Below, piece by piece: positions 25,377 to 36,904 of a DNA stretch of 64,000 nt. The notes under the pieces were generated by a model, which saw only the letters and a program-made list of their open reading frames with translations, did not search any database and was not told the origin of the DNA. Position 1 is the first letter of the stretch, and every line of letters begins with the position of its first letter. Source of the DNA: Marsupella aquatica (Eukaryota; Plantae; Marchantiophyta); assembly GCA_973895155.1 (NCBI GenBank), contig OZ316897.1:13887375-13951374 (forward strand), given 5' to 3'. The position numbers and the translations under genes were made by a program.

Positions 25377-28029
25377 TCGCCAGCAGTATTTGCCGCCGAC
25401 TCGGAGACCCGCCTCTTGGTGCGCCATTTTTCAACGAGCTCGTCGGTATATACTTCAGGTCAGTTCTTTGTTGACTTCGGCTCATCAGCGAACCGGTGAC
25501 AATCCATTGAATGTTCGGCGTCAGAATGGTCCCGTAAATACGTTCACAGTCATGTGGCGGGACCCAGCTGCTAATGCATGTCTAATGTAGAAGTTTTCTG
25601 AGAAATCTATGAGCGATAGTATGTATACAAGTAGGTTTCCGGGTTCCCGATGCATCCGTTCTCTACTTGCAATCTATCTTTTGGTTTCTATCAAAAGCCA
25701 AAGCTGCATCTCTCTTTGTATGAAGGCTTTATTGTCTAGCAAAGTCATTGAGTAACGTGTTGTCCTGATTGGAACAGCAGGAGCAGGTGAGAAGATCAGG
25801 ACAATGACGAATTTTAATGTCAGGAGGCGAAACACTGAATGAATGGATTAAAAATTCACAGATCCCCAATCGAGGGGAGGTACAGAAAGTACAAGATGGC
25901 AAGCTCCAGAAGAGAGGGAGGGTCAGGGAGCACAGCATGACAGGGTCAGTGGAGCCGAACCAGCGGTCACAAGACTTGGCTTCACACGTCTACTGGTGGA
26001 TGTGAGTATTGTTTTGTGTTGCTTGACACTATCCACCAATAGACGTGTGAAGCGGTCTCAAGACTTGGCTTCACTCATACAGTAGGTTGATTTATGAAAG
26101 GAAAATTATTACTGGCGTTTACCTAGTCACACTCTACGCAACCTCTTGGAGTAAGACGTGAAATGATTTCCAGAAATGAAAGTTGGAAAAGAACTGGAGA
26201 ATCCACTTCATCCATAAAGGTTAGGTGTAGCATTTGAACTAACTCACGGTCAGGTTTCTAACTAACCTTGGTTGGGTTAACCAGTTAACTAGAATTCGGA
26301 TATATAACCAAGCAAGGTGACTGCAACTCGGCTTTTAGTAGCAGAGAAGAAAGGGGAGTGAGCCAAACAGATAAATCCTGACTAGACAAGATTGACCTGA
26401 CTAGTGTTTGCCTGATATTGTATTTACAGATGTGAGCTCAACGCATGATTTGGCGTATATTAATCGTAGTTATCTGTTGTAACACTTTCACCAATTGGAT
26501 ATCAGATAGATGTAGATATGCGGCTTTAGCTATTGAATGGCCGTTAGGAAGCAGTAACGGTGATATGTGGCGCTGTCCTTTGGTGTTTCATATGAAATTT
26601 CATACTTTGAACTATTTTATTTTTTTCTGATAAGCTTGGTAATCGACCAGGGAGTGTGGATTAAGATTCCATGGTATGAAACTCAAGCAACATATGCGTC
26701 TCCTTGTGAAGAGAAACGGTTGCCCAGCAATGACCTTCCAAGTAGCATAGACAGTAACCTAATTGTTTCTTAAAGCATAGGCTTGCCTGACAGAGAAAGG
26801 TGCAGAGAGGGAGGGTGGTGGAATGGGTATAGTAGAGGGGGCCATGAGCTCTCTTTACCGCTGTTGTGACCGCCTTTGGTTTTTGTGCGTTTCTGAGAAA
26901 AGGGATCGGTACCACTAATTGTACGCTTTTGTCGAGTATTTTCTCTGAATGGCATGCCACGTGAGCTGATTAGGTGGAGAGCTTTGATTTTGAAAATACT
27001 TTAATCGGCTTTGAAAGAGAAATGTAGCCTCTGAAATTTGTGTTGATCTCCGCAGAAGTGTTTGAAACACACTACTCTAGAATCTGAATGGTAATGATGT
27101 TGAAATTGGGGTATTCCTCTCTGCGAGAATGCTGAGGCTGGGTCCCTCATTATTGTTCCATCTGTCGAAGTTAGGGTGTCAGTGGGTTGGAGGCCTCAAC
27201 AACAGTAACACAGTCAATACAATCTCACTGAGTTTGTGAGAGTGTTGGCCCATGATCTGTCCCGTCCCCATGGACATAGAAGACTCTGATTAGGGAAGAC
27301 CCGGTAAATTCTCTGATGACTTAAAGAGAGATCTCTTTCATGAATCCTGCGATGGTCATAAAAATTCGAGTACTTCCTAAATAGTCTTGCCCAGACCGAA
27401 CTAACTCGGAGGGAGTATGAACACACAAGTACACCACTCATATGTTGATTGCAAACTATCACCAAATATAGTCTACCATTGACTCTGCGGGGTCACTGGT
27501 CTAGCTTACATACTGTGCATATGATGCCTAATTAGCCAGTATGGACATTGGTAGTGCTAATTTTTAAAGCCTTCTTAAGAAAAACTTTACGAAACGGATA
27601 ACACAAATTCCTGGCGAGTTATCACGAGGAATCCACGGAATACTCGTTCTTATAGACAAAACGGACTTACTTAGCCTGGTACGAGATCCCTGGCCACAAG
27701 GACCAGGGTTGAGATACCTGGTGCCCTTGACAACCGATCCATGAAGTGAATTCGCTGGAAGAATCGTCTCAGTGCGAAGCCCGTATCCCCAACTGTTGCA
27801 CTGTTTTGGACTTGTACAAGAATCAGGATAGGAGAATCTGTTTGTAGGAAACCAGGGGGTATGGTTTTCATATAGTTTTGACGGAAGTGGAGCATCTTGT
27901 CTAGTAAAAGGTAGTTGTCTCCTGGTATGCAGACATTACCAGCCTGTTGATGGCTTTGTCTGTAAGGAGTAATTTTATAAATAGCACTTCCAAAGGGAAA
28001 CACAGCAGGCAGTTCACAGGGCCGGGGGA

Positions 28030-28260
28030 AGCAATGGCAGGCCGTTAATCTTCACCCATCCCCCAACAGTTTCCTTGGATCAAAACTAGTTACCCTAATA
28101 TTATATCTCAAAAACGTGGGGGTGAGTTTCTTTCTCTTCACTGGGTGTGCTCCTTCTTTCAACCCCCTTAATTGTTTTTTTCCTCCTGCCTCCTTCTAGT
28201 AGGCAGCTATTGTTGTTTTGTCTCTTGGAATAAAGTTTTTCCTTTTAAAAATAAAAAAAC
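28030..28260 (+). mobile_element. Probable LINE 3' end remnant
   Basis: Pyrimidine-rich tract ending GAATAAAGTTTTTCC followed by an A-rich tail, resembling the L1 3' end at 53701-53770. Confidence 0.35.
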
Positions 28261-28649
28261 ATTTGGGGGTGGCACCCAAAGTTGATCCCCCACCCACTTA
28301 CGGCCCTAGAGTGACGGTCTAGAATCTTTAGTCTAGACAGTAGGCCCTGAGAGTAGCTTTCGATCAAAATGGCATAGTTAGATTGTCAGGAAATCAACAA
28401 GTGTGAGCTAGAGCCATGTTTACCCCTGACGAGAAGAAAATTGTATCTGAAACATGCCATCCCTGTGGCTAGTCTTTTTGGGCCAGCCCCAGGACACCAT
28501 GTTCGTTCCTGTTTTGGGCTTCAGGATGCATTTTCTCAGCCAGTCCTGCCCAAGCATCTCCCCCAAGACATGTTAGGTTTACTCTACAGCTGGGCTACGT
28601 TTTCCATATGTATGCAAGAATATTACGACCAATATCCTGACGACCTACC

Positions 28650-28765
28650 TTGGAATATAGGATACAGTTTTTGGGCCCACTACTATTACTTCACTTCGTT
28701 CAGTAAACTTTGGAATATAGGATACAGGTTTGGGCCCACTACTCGTATTTCACTTAGTTCAGTCA
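28650..28765. repeat. Tandem duplication, ~60 bp x2
   Basis: TTGGAATATAGGATACAG.TTTGGGCCCACTACT....TTCACTT.GTTCAGT occurs twice. Confidence 0.8.
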
Positions 28766-31246
28766 AATACAGAGGGCTGGTATTAAATACTTCATCTTTC
28801 TACCATAGTTCATGAACTAAAGTGTTGGACGAGAATTGATAACGAAGTAGAGTTTGATGGGCAGTTGACTTTTAGAAGCTCTGCTTTGTCCGACGCCACC
28901 CTCTAAACATGTTTGTATTATTCTGTCCTAATGTAACACGTTCACTGGTTTGAGTACTGTTGAGACCGCTTTTCAACAGGACTGGTCTGGTTTGAGAATG
29001 GCATTTCAGAAGCGCCTGTGCCCTTTGAAAGTGTAGCAAGCTCCTGTAGCCAACCATGGCCAAAAATTTAGATAGCCGTCTACCACTGGTGGATCAGAAG
29101 TCTGCCCATGGTCGGCTGGCCGACCACACCGTCGACTTTGGCTCTTTACCAAGTAATTTGGGAAATCGTTAGAATCAATTGAATTGTCTCAGCGAATTGA
29201 GAGTCACTCAAATTGCAGTCAACCATCGATTCTTGAAAGGCTGCTTTGCGTAGATATTGTTAGAGAGAGGGCCCACTCGAATGGTCCCCGATCATCTTTC
29301 AAGCGATGGATGCTTTGTTTGGTCCACGACAAAGAGACACAGAGATTAGAACAAGCAACCGCAATCGAGTGGCACGGAGGATTCAGCACGAAGCCCAACC
29401 GACACAACATTGTCCATAATCTTTCTCCTGATTCTGTGCAGTTCAAGTTACAGTCAGTCTGTTGATTGACCTCTGCAAGGTCATTAGGTTCGGCGAGAAG
29501 ATTGGGTTCTTACTGTAAAAAGGTTGAATCAAACAAACTTGGAAAATCTAATGTAGTATCAAACGAGGTATCAAAGAATTGTCCTCGTCAAATTCTTAAG
29601 TGAGCAAGCACAGGGCAGATTGCTGAAAAATGATACTATCTATATGGAGCAGACTGCGAATGTGAGAATGACGACACCGCCCCTCATGACATCACCCACT
29701 TTGTACCTTGCATTCAGTGAGTCGAGCAAGCATGAGACGATTCTCCCAGTTAAATATTCATCACCGCACTTCTTGGCAGCTGTCCTTCTCTTTGTCATCT
29801 AGCAGGTATTGATCGGCGGATGATAGTGGAGAAAATCGCTCATATATTTTACAAAATGATACGTCTTACAATCGATCTACGGGCGAATTCCATGAAACGT
29901 AGATCGGCTGTTGAACGTAATTCGCCAGTAGATCGGCTGTTGCAACGTTCTTCAACTACAGGGGAAAGGAATTCTGGCTCGAAATTGATTCGGTATGCAA
30001 AGAATTATCACTCAACGAAGTAACTCTGCTCTCTGCTTCGCGCAAGGCGATTTTTTGGGGTTGACCACTACTAAGAAATCAAAACTTCAAAGCTAGTGTA
30101 GCTCAGTTCACTAAGGCTTTTAGCAATTCAAACAACTTCCACAGCTATTCTCAATGACTATCCTTCTGGAAAACGTCTACAAGCTGATAGCTAGAGAGCA
30201 AGAACCTATAAGCCGATGGGCCAGCTGCCTATTAGTGCATACATAGGCATCCCAGGTCTCGTGCCCTCTGAGTGTGAATTTCCAAATAATGAAGCGGACG
30301 GATTCAAACTAGGCAGCATTTCTGGCGTGATATTCAGGTTGATGACTACTGATACTAGGAGAAATGGCACTCAAATTCTTTCATACATAAAAGTATTCTG
30401 ATGATCAAGCAGTAATGATCTTTCGGCAGACAGATGACTCCACCTAAACCTCACTGAATGAAATCATAGAAGTTGAAATTTCAGAAAAAACCTCAAATTT
30501 TGGAATTCCCCAAAGTGCCCTGAATTTTGTGTATTGTGTCAAAGTAATTGCTAGCTCCTTAACCCAGTGACGGCAAAATTAAAGGATCGGGCCAGTGCTA
30601 TTTCTGGACACAGAACACCTGGCTCATTCTCTCAGGGACCTATGGCCTTGTAGACAAGAATTCCGAGACTGTCCAGTTCTGAAGAGGAAGGACTTTGGAG
30701 GTATAACGGAGACCTCTGAAGTAAAGAAAAGATTTCTACTCAACAAGGAAAGCCATGTTTGGGAATTTATGAATAGCTAAAGTAGTAAGGGGTAATTCTA
30801 CGCAACCAATTATAGAATCCGAAACTAAGCTCGATTGAATTGTAGCAGTCAGTCACCGAGCGCAGTGTAAGTTAACAAGTGTGAGGACAAGGTTTGGATA
30901 TGGGAGTACTTCCTGTGAATAAGCATGTGTATTTCTGGCTAATAGAATATTTTACAACGACAAAGAAAGATTGAGATGCTCTACCATGGCGTAAAAGCTT
31001 TCGTAAATCCCAATTTTCCTTGGGATTTCTACAGCCCTCCTTCACTGTCCCATAATCTCACCATCCCTCTCACCCAGACTCGGTGGAAAATGACAGAACT
31101 AAAATGAAAATGGAATCCATACTCGTAATTCTAACCTTCTTTCTTCCTACTATTCTCACGAACCGGCTAGAACGAGATTTAGGTACTCTGTTTTATAAGA
31201 AAATAATATATTAAAATAACAATTTGTTCGAGCTAAGGAACGACTA

Positions 31247-31318
31247 GGGCATTTGGTCTAGTGGTATGATTCTTGCTTAGGGTGCAAGAGGTCCCGAGTT
31301 CAATTCTCGGAATGCCCC
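31247..31318 (+). tRNA. tRNA-Pro (anticodon AGG), plant nuclear type
   Basis: GGGCATTTGGTCTAGTGGTATGATTCTTGCTTAGGGTGCAAGAGGTCCCGAGTTCAATTCTCGGAATGCCCC folds as a full cloverleaf. Anticodon stem CTTGC/GCAAG, loop TT-AGG-GT. AT-rich upstream flank. Confidence 0.97.
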
Positions 31319-31696
31319 TGCAAGCGAACAAATCCATGAACTGTTCGAATGATTCCTGTGGTATCCCAATTGAAGGTCTTTTGTTAAATCTTCAGGTCCT
31401 TTTTATGCTGCTGGGTTTTCACATTTCGTTCGTGTTGTCCATCGTGATCAACCATTGAAAGTGCCAAAGAGAAATATTGATGCTACATCAGGAACGAGAG
31501 GAGGACATCTATAATCTTTGGAGGGAGCGCATGTCTAGTTTTTTGTTGAACCTTGACCTCCTTCGCGTGCTGCCGGTTTTTGATACATTTCTTCCGTGGT
31601 GGACATATTTATCAACCATTGAAAGTGCTACAGAGAAAGGAGGACATCTGAGAATGTGCACTACTTTGGAAAGAACAGAAGATGGTGGGCAGGTTG

Positions 31697-32157
31697 GACG
31701 AAGGAGGTACTAGAACATCATTTGAAAGAGTTCCAAACTTTGCACAGAAATGCCTCATGTCTCTATTTGATGTCAAGTACACTCCTTGAATTTGAAGGGC
31801 AAACGAGGTACTACAACATCATTTGAAAGAGCTCAACAATTTGCACAGAAACACCTCTTGCCTCTGCTCGATGTCACGTACACTTTCCGAATTTGAAGGG
31901 CAACCAAGCTATCAGAGCATCATTTGAAAGAGTTCATCAATTTGCACAGAAACGCCTCTCGTCTCTATTCGATGCCATGGACACTTCTTGGATTTGAGGG
32001 GCAAACGAGGTACTAGAACATCATTTGAAGGAGTTCGACAATTTGCACAAAAACGCCTCTCGTCTCCATTCGATATCACACACTTTTCGAAATTGAAGTG
32101 CAAACGAGGTACCAGAACAGCATTTGAAAGAGTTCAACAATTTGCACAGAAACGCAC
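31697..32157. repeat. Tandem repeat, ~4.6 units of ~100 bp
   Basis: AAACGAGGTACTAGAACATCATTTGAAAGAGTTCAACAATTTGCACAGAAACGCCTCT... starts at ~31700, 31801, 31901, 32002 and 32101. Confidence 0.9.
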
Positions 32158-32429
32158 TAAGATCTTCTCGTTCGTTCCCTCCACCATTTGTTTCGACGGG
32201 ACGTATCTTGGAAAGCATTGACCTTTGATTCGGAATAAAAGAAGGTGGTGACTGTACCTCCGGGCAAGCAGGCCAACACACGATGTCTGACATCAGAGGC
32301 ACAATCATCTTGAGCAACCCCTTCCCCGGATCCAAAATGTGGGCCGAATAGCTCAAGGTAAGCGATGCCGGGCGGCCTTAAACGCACAGCATTGTATGAA
32401 AATTGCTCCTGCTCGACCGGTAATTATTC

Positions 32430-32838
32430 CTGTGCAGTTGTTCTTCTGTCATATTTATGTACCAACAGTAATGCAAAATCTTTCCCATACAACGAAGATC
32501 ATTGAATTGAACCTGAATTTAATTGTAGGAATATGTACCAATGGTATTGCAAAATCTTTCCGATACAACGAAGATCATTGAATTGAACCTGAATTGAATT
32601 GTAGTAATCTGACTACATCTATGGGGTGCAATTGTTCTTCCGTTATAATTATGTACCAAGAGTATTGCAATAACTTTCAAATACAACGAAGATCATTGAA
32701 CTAAAGTGAATTGAATTGTAGTAAGCTGAAATGGCATGAAATTGTTCCGTTATAATTATGAATCAAGATTCTTGCAAAATCTTTGTCAGATACAACGAAC
32801 ATCACTGAATTGAATTGTAGTGTCCTGACTACATGTAT
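32430..32838. repeat. Tandem repeat, ~4 units of ~75-120 bp
   Basis: GTACCAA..GTATTGCAAAATCTTTC..ATACAACGAAGATCATTGAATTGAACCTGAATTGAATTGTAG. Confidence 0.85.
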
Positions 32839-33950
32839 GGCGGCCTTCGAACTGATGGTTTATATCTTCGGAGACGGTAGCATCTACGATTGATTGCATT
32901 GATGACTGTTCACAGCCGTATAGTATCCATTCAGAAGAGAAGACCTCTACAAGGAACTTGCACTACAAGGCAGACCTGCAGTCAAGGAAGCTAGTGGCTA
33001 GGCTTTCAGACCAACCGATCTCTACTTTCACGTGAATTAGAAGTAAGGTCCGAATCGGGTAGTACGATATTCCTTCCGTGTGAGATATACATCCTTCGAA
33101 GAATAACGGGCCTACAGTACTAATCGTCTACGTATCGTCTACGTCACAGCTATGATCAGACTAGACAGTCCCAGGGCCACAGCAAACATCAACTTCGACA
33201 ATTAAAATGAGTGAAGAAAAAACGGTGGGTGAATATACATAGAGCGTTTGCTCTGCAATTCTCTCCTCTTCGTCAAACCTTGTTTGAAACTGTGACATAA
33301 TTTTGCATACAAGTCTGAATGAAACGGAATGTTCTAATTCGGAAACACTCGGGGATTCTCATTGACATCCACTAAAACATCCACCGGACAAGATCATTGA
33401 TATCTCACAACCGTCAGATATTGAATTGGCCCAAGAAAGTTAACGGAGGATTGAAGATCAAGAATTGTGAAGAGTCCAGAAGCACATAGTTTGCATTATG
33501 TCATGAAAGTGAACGTGGACAAATGAGTATCAAGACTTTCTGTTTAGAACTCATGGTACGATAAGCGTCTAGTCCCCTAGTGCGAGAATTCCCCAATGGA
33601 AAAAATACATCATGCGATGCTTCGTTGCGCCGAGATCACACACTGCTTGAAAAAAGCGTAACCCTCTTCTGGAAATGAAGAAGGGCAACGGTACTTTGAA
33701 GCAAACAAGCAGACTTGTTAGCAGTCACTCTGTGTATGCGACTTCCTTATGCATAAACTTGACTTTTGAATTGTCGGAAAATCGTCTCCTTGGCTAGAAT
33801 CACCGCACTGCACTCGACGTGCATCCCTGCTTGCCTAAAATGACATCGTGACATGCAATGCAGGATGGACCACGCTCTAAAAAGAGGCAACAGAAGTTTG
33901 TGGACCTACACACCACGGGTGCGTTGAATTGGACGACGAGCCGTCAGGAC

Positions 33951-34385
33951 TCACTTCACCTTTCCTCTGAGTTTCACGCCAAGGACCCGTTCGAGTTTAC
34001 CCAGAATCTGCTGATCGGGGATCGCCTTACCGGCCTCATACTCTTGCACAACTTTGGGAGGCTCGTTGATCAATTGGGCCAATTGAGCCTGAGTTAGTTT
34101 CTTCTCCAGCCTGCCCTTTTGGATAGCGTGCTTCACTTCAGGCGCCACCTTTTCAAATGCGATAGGCTCTGTCTCTTGATCAAGCTTACGCGCGTAGATT
34201 GCTGTAGCAGGAGCTTTCTTATTCGTTCCCCCCTCATGCTTCTTCGTAACCTGAATCTCGGCGCCCGATCTTAACGCAGCATTCACGGCCTTCGGGTCCC
34301 GTAAGTCCGATGACTTTGCCTGCCGCTTATGGATGACGACCGGAGTCCAGTCCTGCGCAATGGGAATGGTTCCTCTGGACGGCAT
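33951..34385 (-). CDS. MBF1c: Multiprotein bridging factor 1, MBF1c-type (144 aa, intronless CDS)
   Basis: MPSR..QDWTPVVIHK, DPKAVNAALRSG and an HTH domain (LTQAQLAQLINE.P.VVQEYEAGKAIPDQQILGKLERVLGVKLRGK). The N-terminus and intronless CDS are typical of the stress-induced MBF1c clade. Probable 5'UTR intron 34970-34431. Confidence 0.95.
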   Translation of the reverse strand: MPSRGTIPIAQDWTPVVIHKRQAKSSDLRDPKAVNAALRSGAEIQVTKKHEGGTNKKAPATAIYARKLDQETEPIAFEKVAPEVKHAIQKGRLEKKLTQAQLAQLINEPPKVVQEYEAGKAIPDQQILGKLERVLGVKLRGKVK

Positions 34386-35471
34386 TCTCCTCTTCTAAAG
34401 TAACGCCTTTGTGATAACAAACTGATGATCCTGTTGTAAAAATCTGCACAAGGACCAACAAGCAGAGAAAAAACACAATTAAGAAAATATACCACAATCT
34501 GTAGGGGCGGTCCTGTTGGACGAAAACAACATCATTCCAACAGTCAAGACTGATTGGCATGCCTTACGGAACAAAATCCAATCATTCCGGAGGAAGAAAA
34601 TTAGTTCACCGTGACAACTAAACATTCCAATTATTATTTTGTAACGGTTGCCACGCGCATTCGATTAATGGGAAGGGTCAAATTGCAGCAAGCGCTGTTC
34701 TTTCCTTGCTAACCGCAAATAGATCATGATTGGCTTTCATCAAACTCTAGAAGTCTCACTCGTATCGCTTCATCCATCAAGAAAACAAAAAATTCACAGC
34801 GCAATCCGAAAATAACAGACGACACAAGCCAAATCGAAACGTCTCTAGGACGAACAGAGCCACCGACTAGATTGCAGAACAAACACCAACACCAGACCAG
34901 CAACGACATAATAATAGCATAGTGAATTCAGAACAAGGATAGCAAAGTGAATTCAAAACAAGACCCTCACTTGCAGCCTGCAGGGACCCCGCCTTCTGCT
35001 TCTAAAATCCACCAACGTACTCCTCAATTCCCGAGTGGAAGGAAAATCGTGGAAGCGTGTCGAAATGCGAACACAACCGCCGTGCGAGAGAGGAGCAAAT
35101 GCTTACAGTAGTAATTTGTGAACAAATCTAAAGACGAACGAAGAAGACTGGCGCCTACGATCAATAGCTCCGACTGCTGTCGCAAAAGAGTGGCGTCCAA
35201 ATTACAGAGACGATTGTTGTCGAAGAAAGCGGCCTCTTCCATGAATGGACGACAATTGTTGAAGAACAGTGGCGTCAACGACGATAAATAGGGACGATTG
35301 TCGTCATACAGCACTCGATGATACAAAAAGAGCATTAACGAGAGAGAGCGAGAGAGCTGGCGCTTACTTCCAGCGAAGGAAACAGAGGACTCTGTTTTCG
35401 AAAAGGAGGCTGTATTGCTTACGAACCACGGTTCGATCTGCCGACGACGCTTTTTCCTCGCCACTTTCCCT

Positions 35472-35745
35472 TGAAACTTCCAGAAGCAGAAAGAGGGGAA
35501 ACAGATCGATCAAATCGGACTGAACAGAAATCAACTTTTTGGCCCTGTGAAACTTCCAGAAGGAGAGAGAAAGAGAAAGAGAGTCACAGACAGGGGAACA
35601 GATCGATCACATCGAACCTAAACAGGGATCGACTTTTTGGACCTGTGAAACTTCCAGAAGGAGAAACAGACAGACAGAAGGGAAGCGATGGATCACATCG
35701 ACCGAAAAGAGATCGAGGTTTTTGCCCTGTGAAACTTCCACAGAG
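35472..35745. promoter_or_regulatory. Array of heat-shock elements within a ~75-100 bp tandem repeat
   Basis: TGAAACTTCCAGAAG (nGAAnnTTCnnGAAn) at 35472, 35548 and 35646. Degenerate fourth copy at 35730. Confidence 0.7.
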
Positions 35746-35952
35746 ACAGAGAGAGAGAGAGAGATGGATGAGATCGAGTGAACAGAGATGGGACGTTTTC
35801 TCGTTCTTTCTCCCTCTCTTCTCTCTCTCCTTCTGCCACTTGTCTTGTCGATGAATGACTTGGAAGGTTTCTAGAGGCTTCTCAACAAATTAATCCTTCC
35901 AGAGAGAGAGACAGATGATTAACAGCCTCTAAACCCCTTCAAGATTTTTCAG

Positions 35953-35960
35953 TTTATATA
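35953..35960 (-). promoter_or_regulatory. Candidate TATA box for MBF1c
   Basis: TATATAAA on the minus strand, followed downstream by CT-rich leader-like sequence. Confidence 0.4.
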
Positions 35961-36904
35961 CATCGTGGAAGATACTGATTAATAGGCATCAAATTTCTTC
36001 AAGATTTTCAGATTCATCATTTCTCATGCCCCTTCAGAAACTGTAACCCGGATAGACCACCATGTTGGACACGTTGCTCTCATGGACCACATTTTGGTGA
36101 TCCAAAAGAGTTTGAGGCCCATGAGTTGATGATTATGTATAGGATAATGCAGCTCTAGGCAGCCGTTATTGGGCTGCAACGGGGTGACCAGGTTCTGACA
36201 GGAAGTTGACCGGCGTAGCCGGAAAACTGACTGGAAGAACCAGGGAACACCGGTAAAGCCCACTAATGGATGGCCTAGATCTGCGCTAACTTGCGTAATC
36301 TAGGTCGACTGTCTTGGTTACCGGATAAACCCGTTTTGGCAAATGGGATGTAGGCGTCAGCAGCGCGTGAATGCGAGAGTGGGAGGCAGTAGTGGGAGGC
36401 GCGAGCGATGCGCGAGTGGTGTGAGATTGAAGGTCGAAGCCCTAAGCGGGAGTCTGAACGTGAGCAGCTAAACGGGGAGGCGAGTGCATCGGCTGAACGG
36501 GGAGGCAAGTGCAGCGGCTGAGTTGTCAAGTTGCTGAAAGGGCGGCGAGCTGCGGTCAATTTCACTGCATTTGAAATCATTTTCTATGGTGGCATTGCTT
36601 TGTGCTTCTTTGTGTAGCTTGCAGTTTTTAAAATCTGTTTAGGGTGGCATGAGGGCCGTGGAGATTTCAATCTAGTTTGAGTTGCATGCTTGTGCTGTGC
36701 GCTCGCCCCTTCAGCTGATTCAATATGTGGATTCGTTGTGTGTTCTTGCTCTCAGATCCCTGTTATGTAATTAGTATAAGGTCATCAGACGATCGAATCA
36801 CTAAGAACGTGGCTCATTGTGTCAAGAAGCTCTGCTCGTTTTCTGCCATAACTGGTTCGATTAATTCAGTGTTGCCTGGTTGCTGGGTTGTGCGGGGTCG
36901 AAGG

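Noticed and set aside
31319-31385. Dicistronic tRNA-snoRNA
   Set aside because: No canonical box C (RTGATGA) or box D (CTGA) in the trailer.
31697-32157. Regularly spaced repeats as a CRISPR array
   Set aside because: Whole units are homologous with no unique spacers, there are no cas genes, and the context is eukaryotic.
35024-35854. 146-aa and 127-aa ORFs upstream of MBF1c
   Set aside because: They translate repeat or UTR-like sequence with no domain signal.
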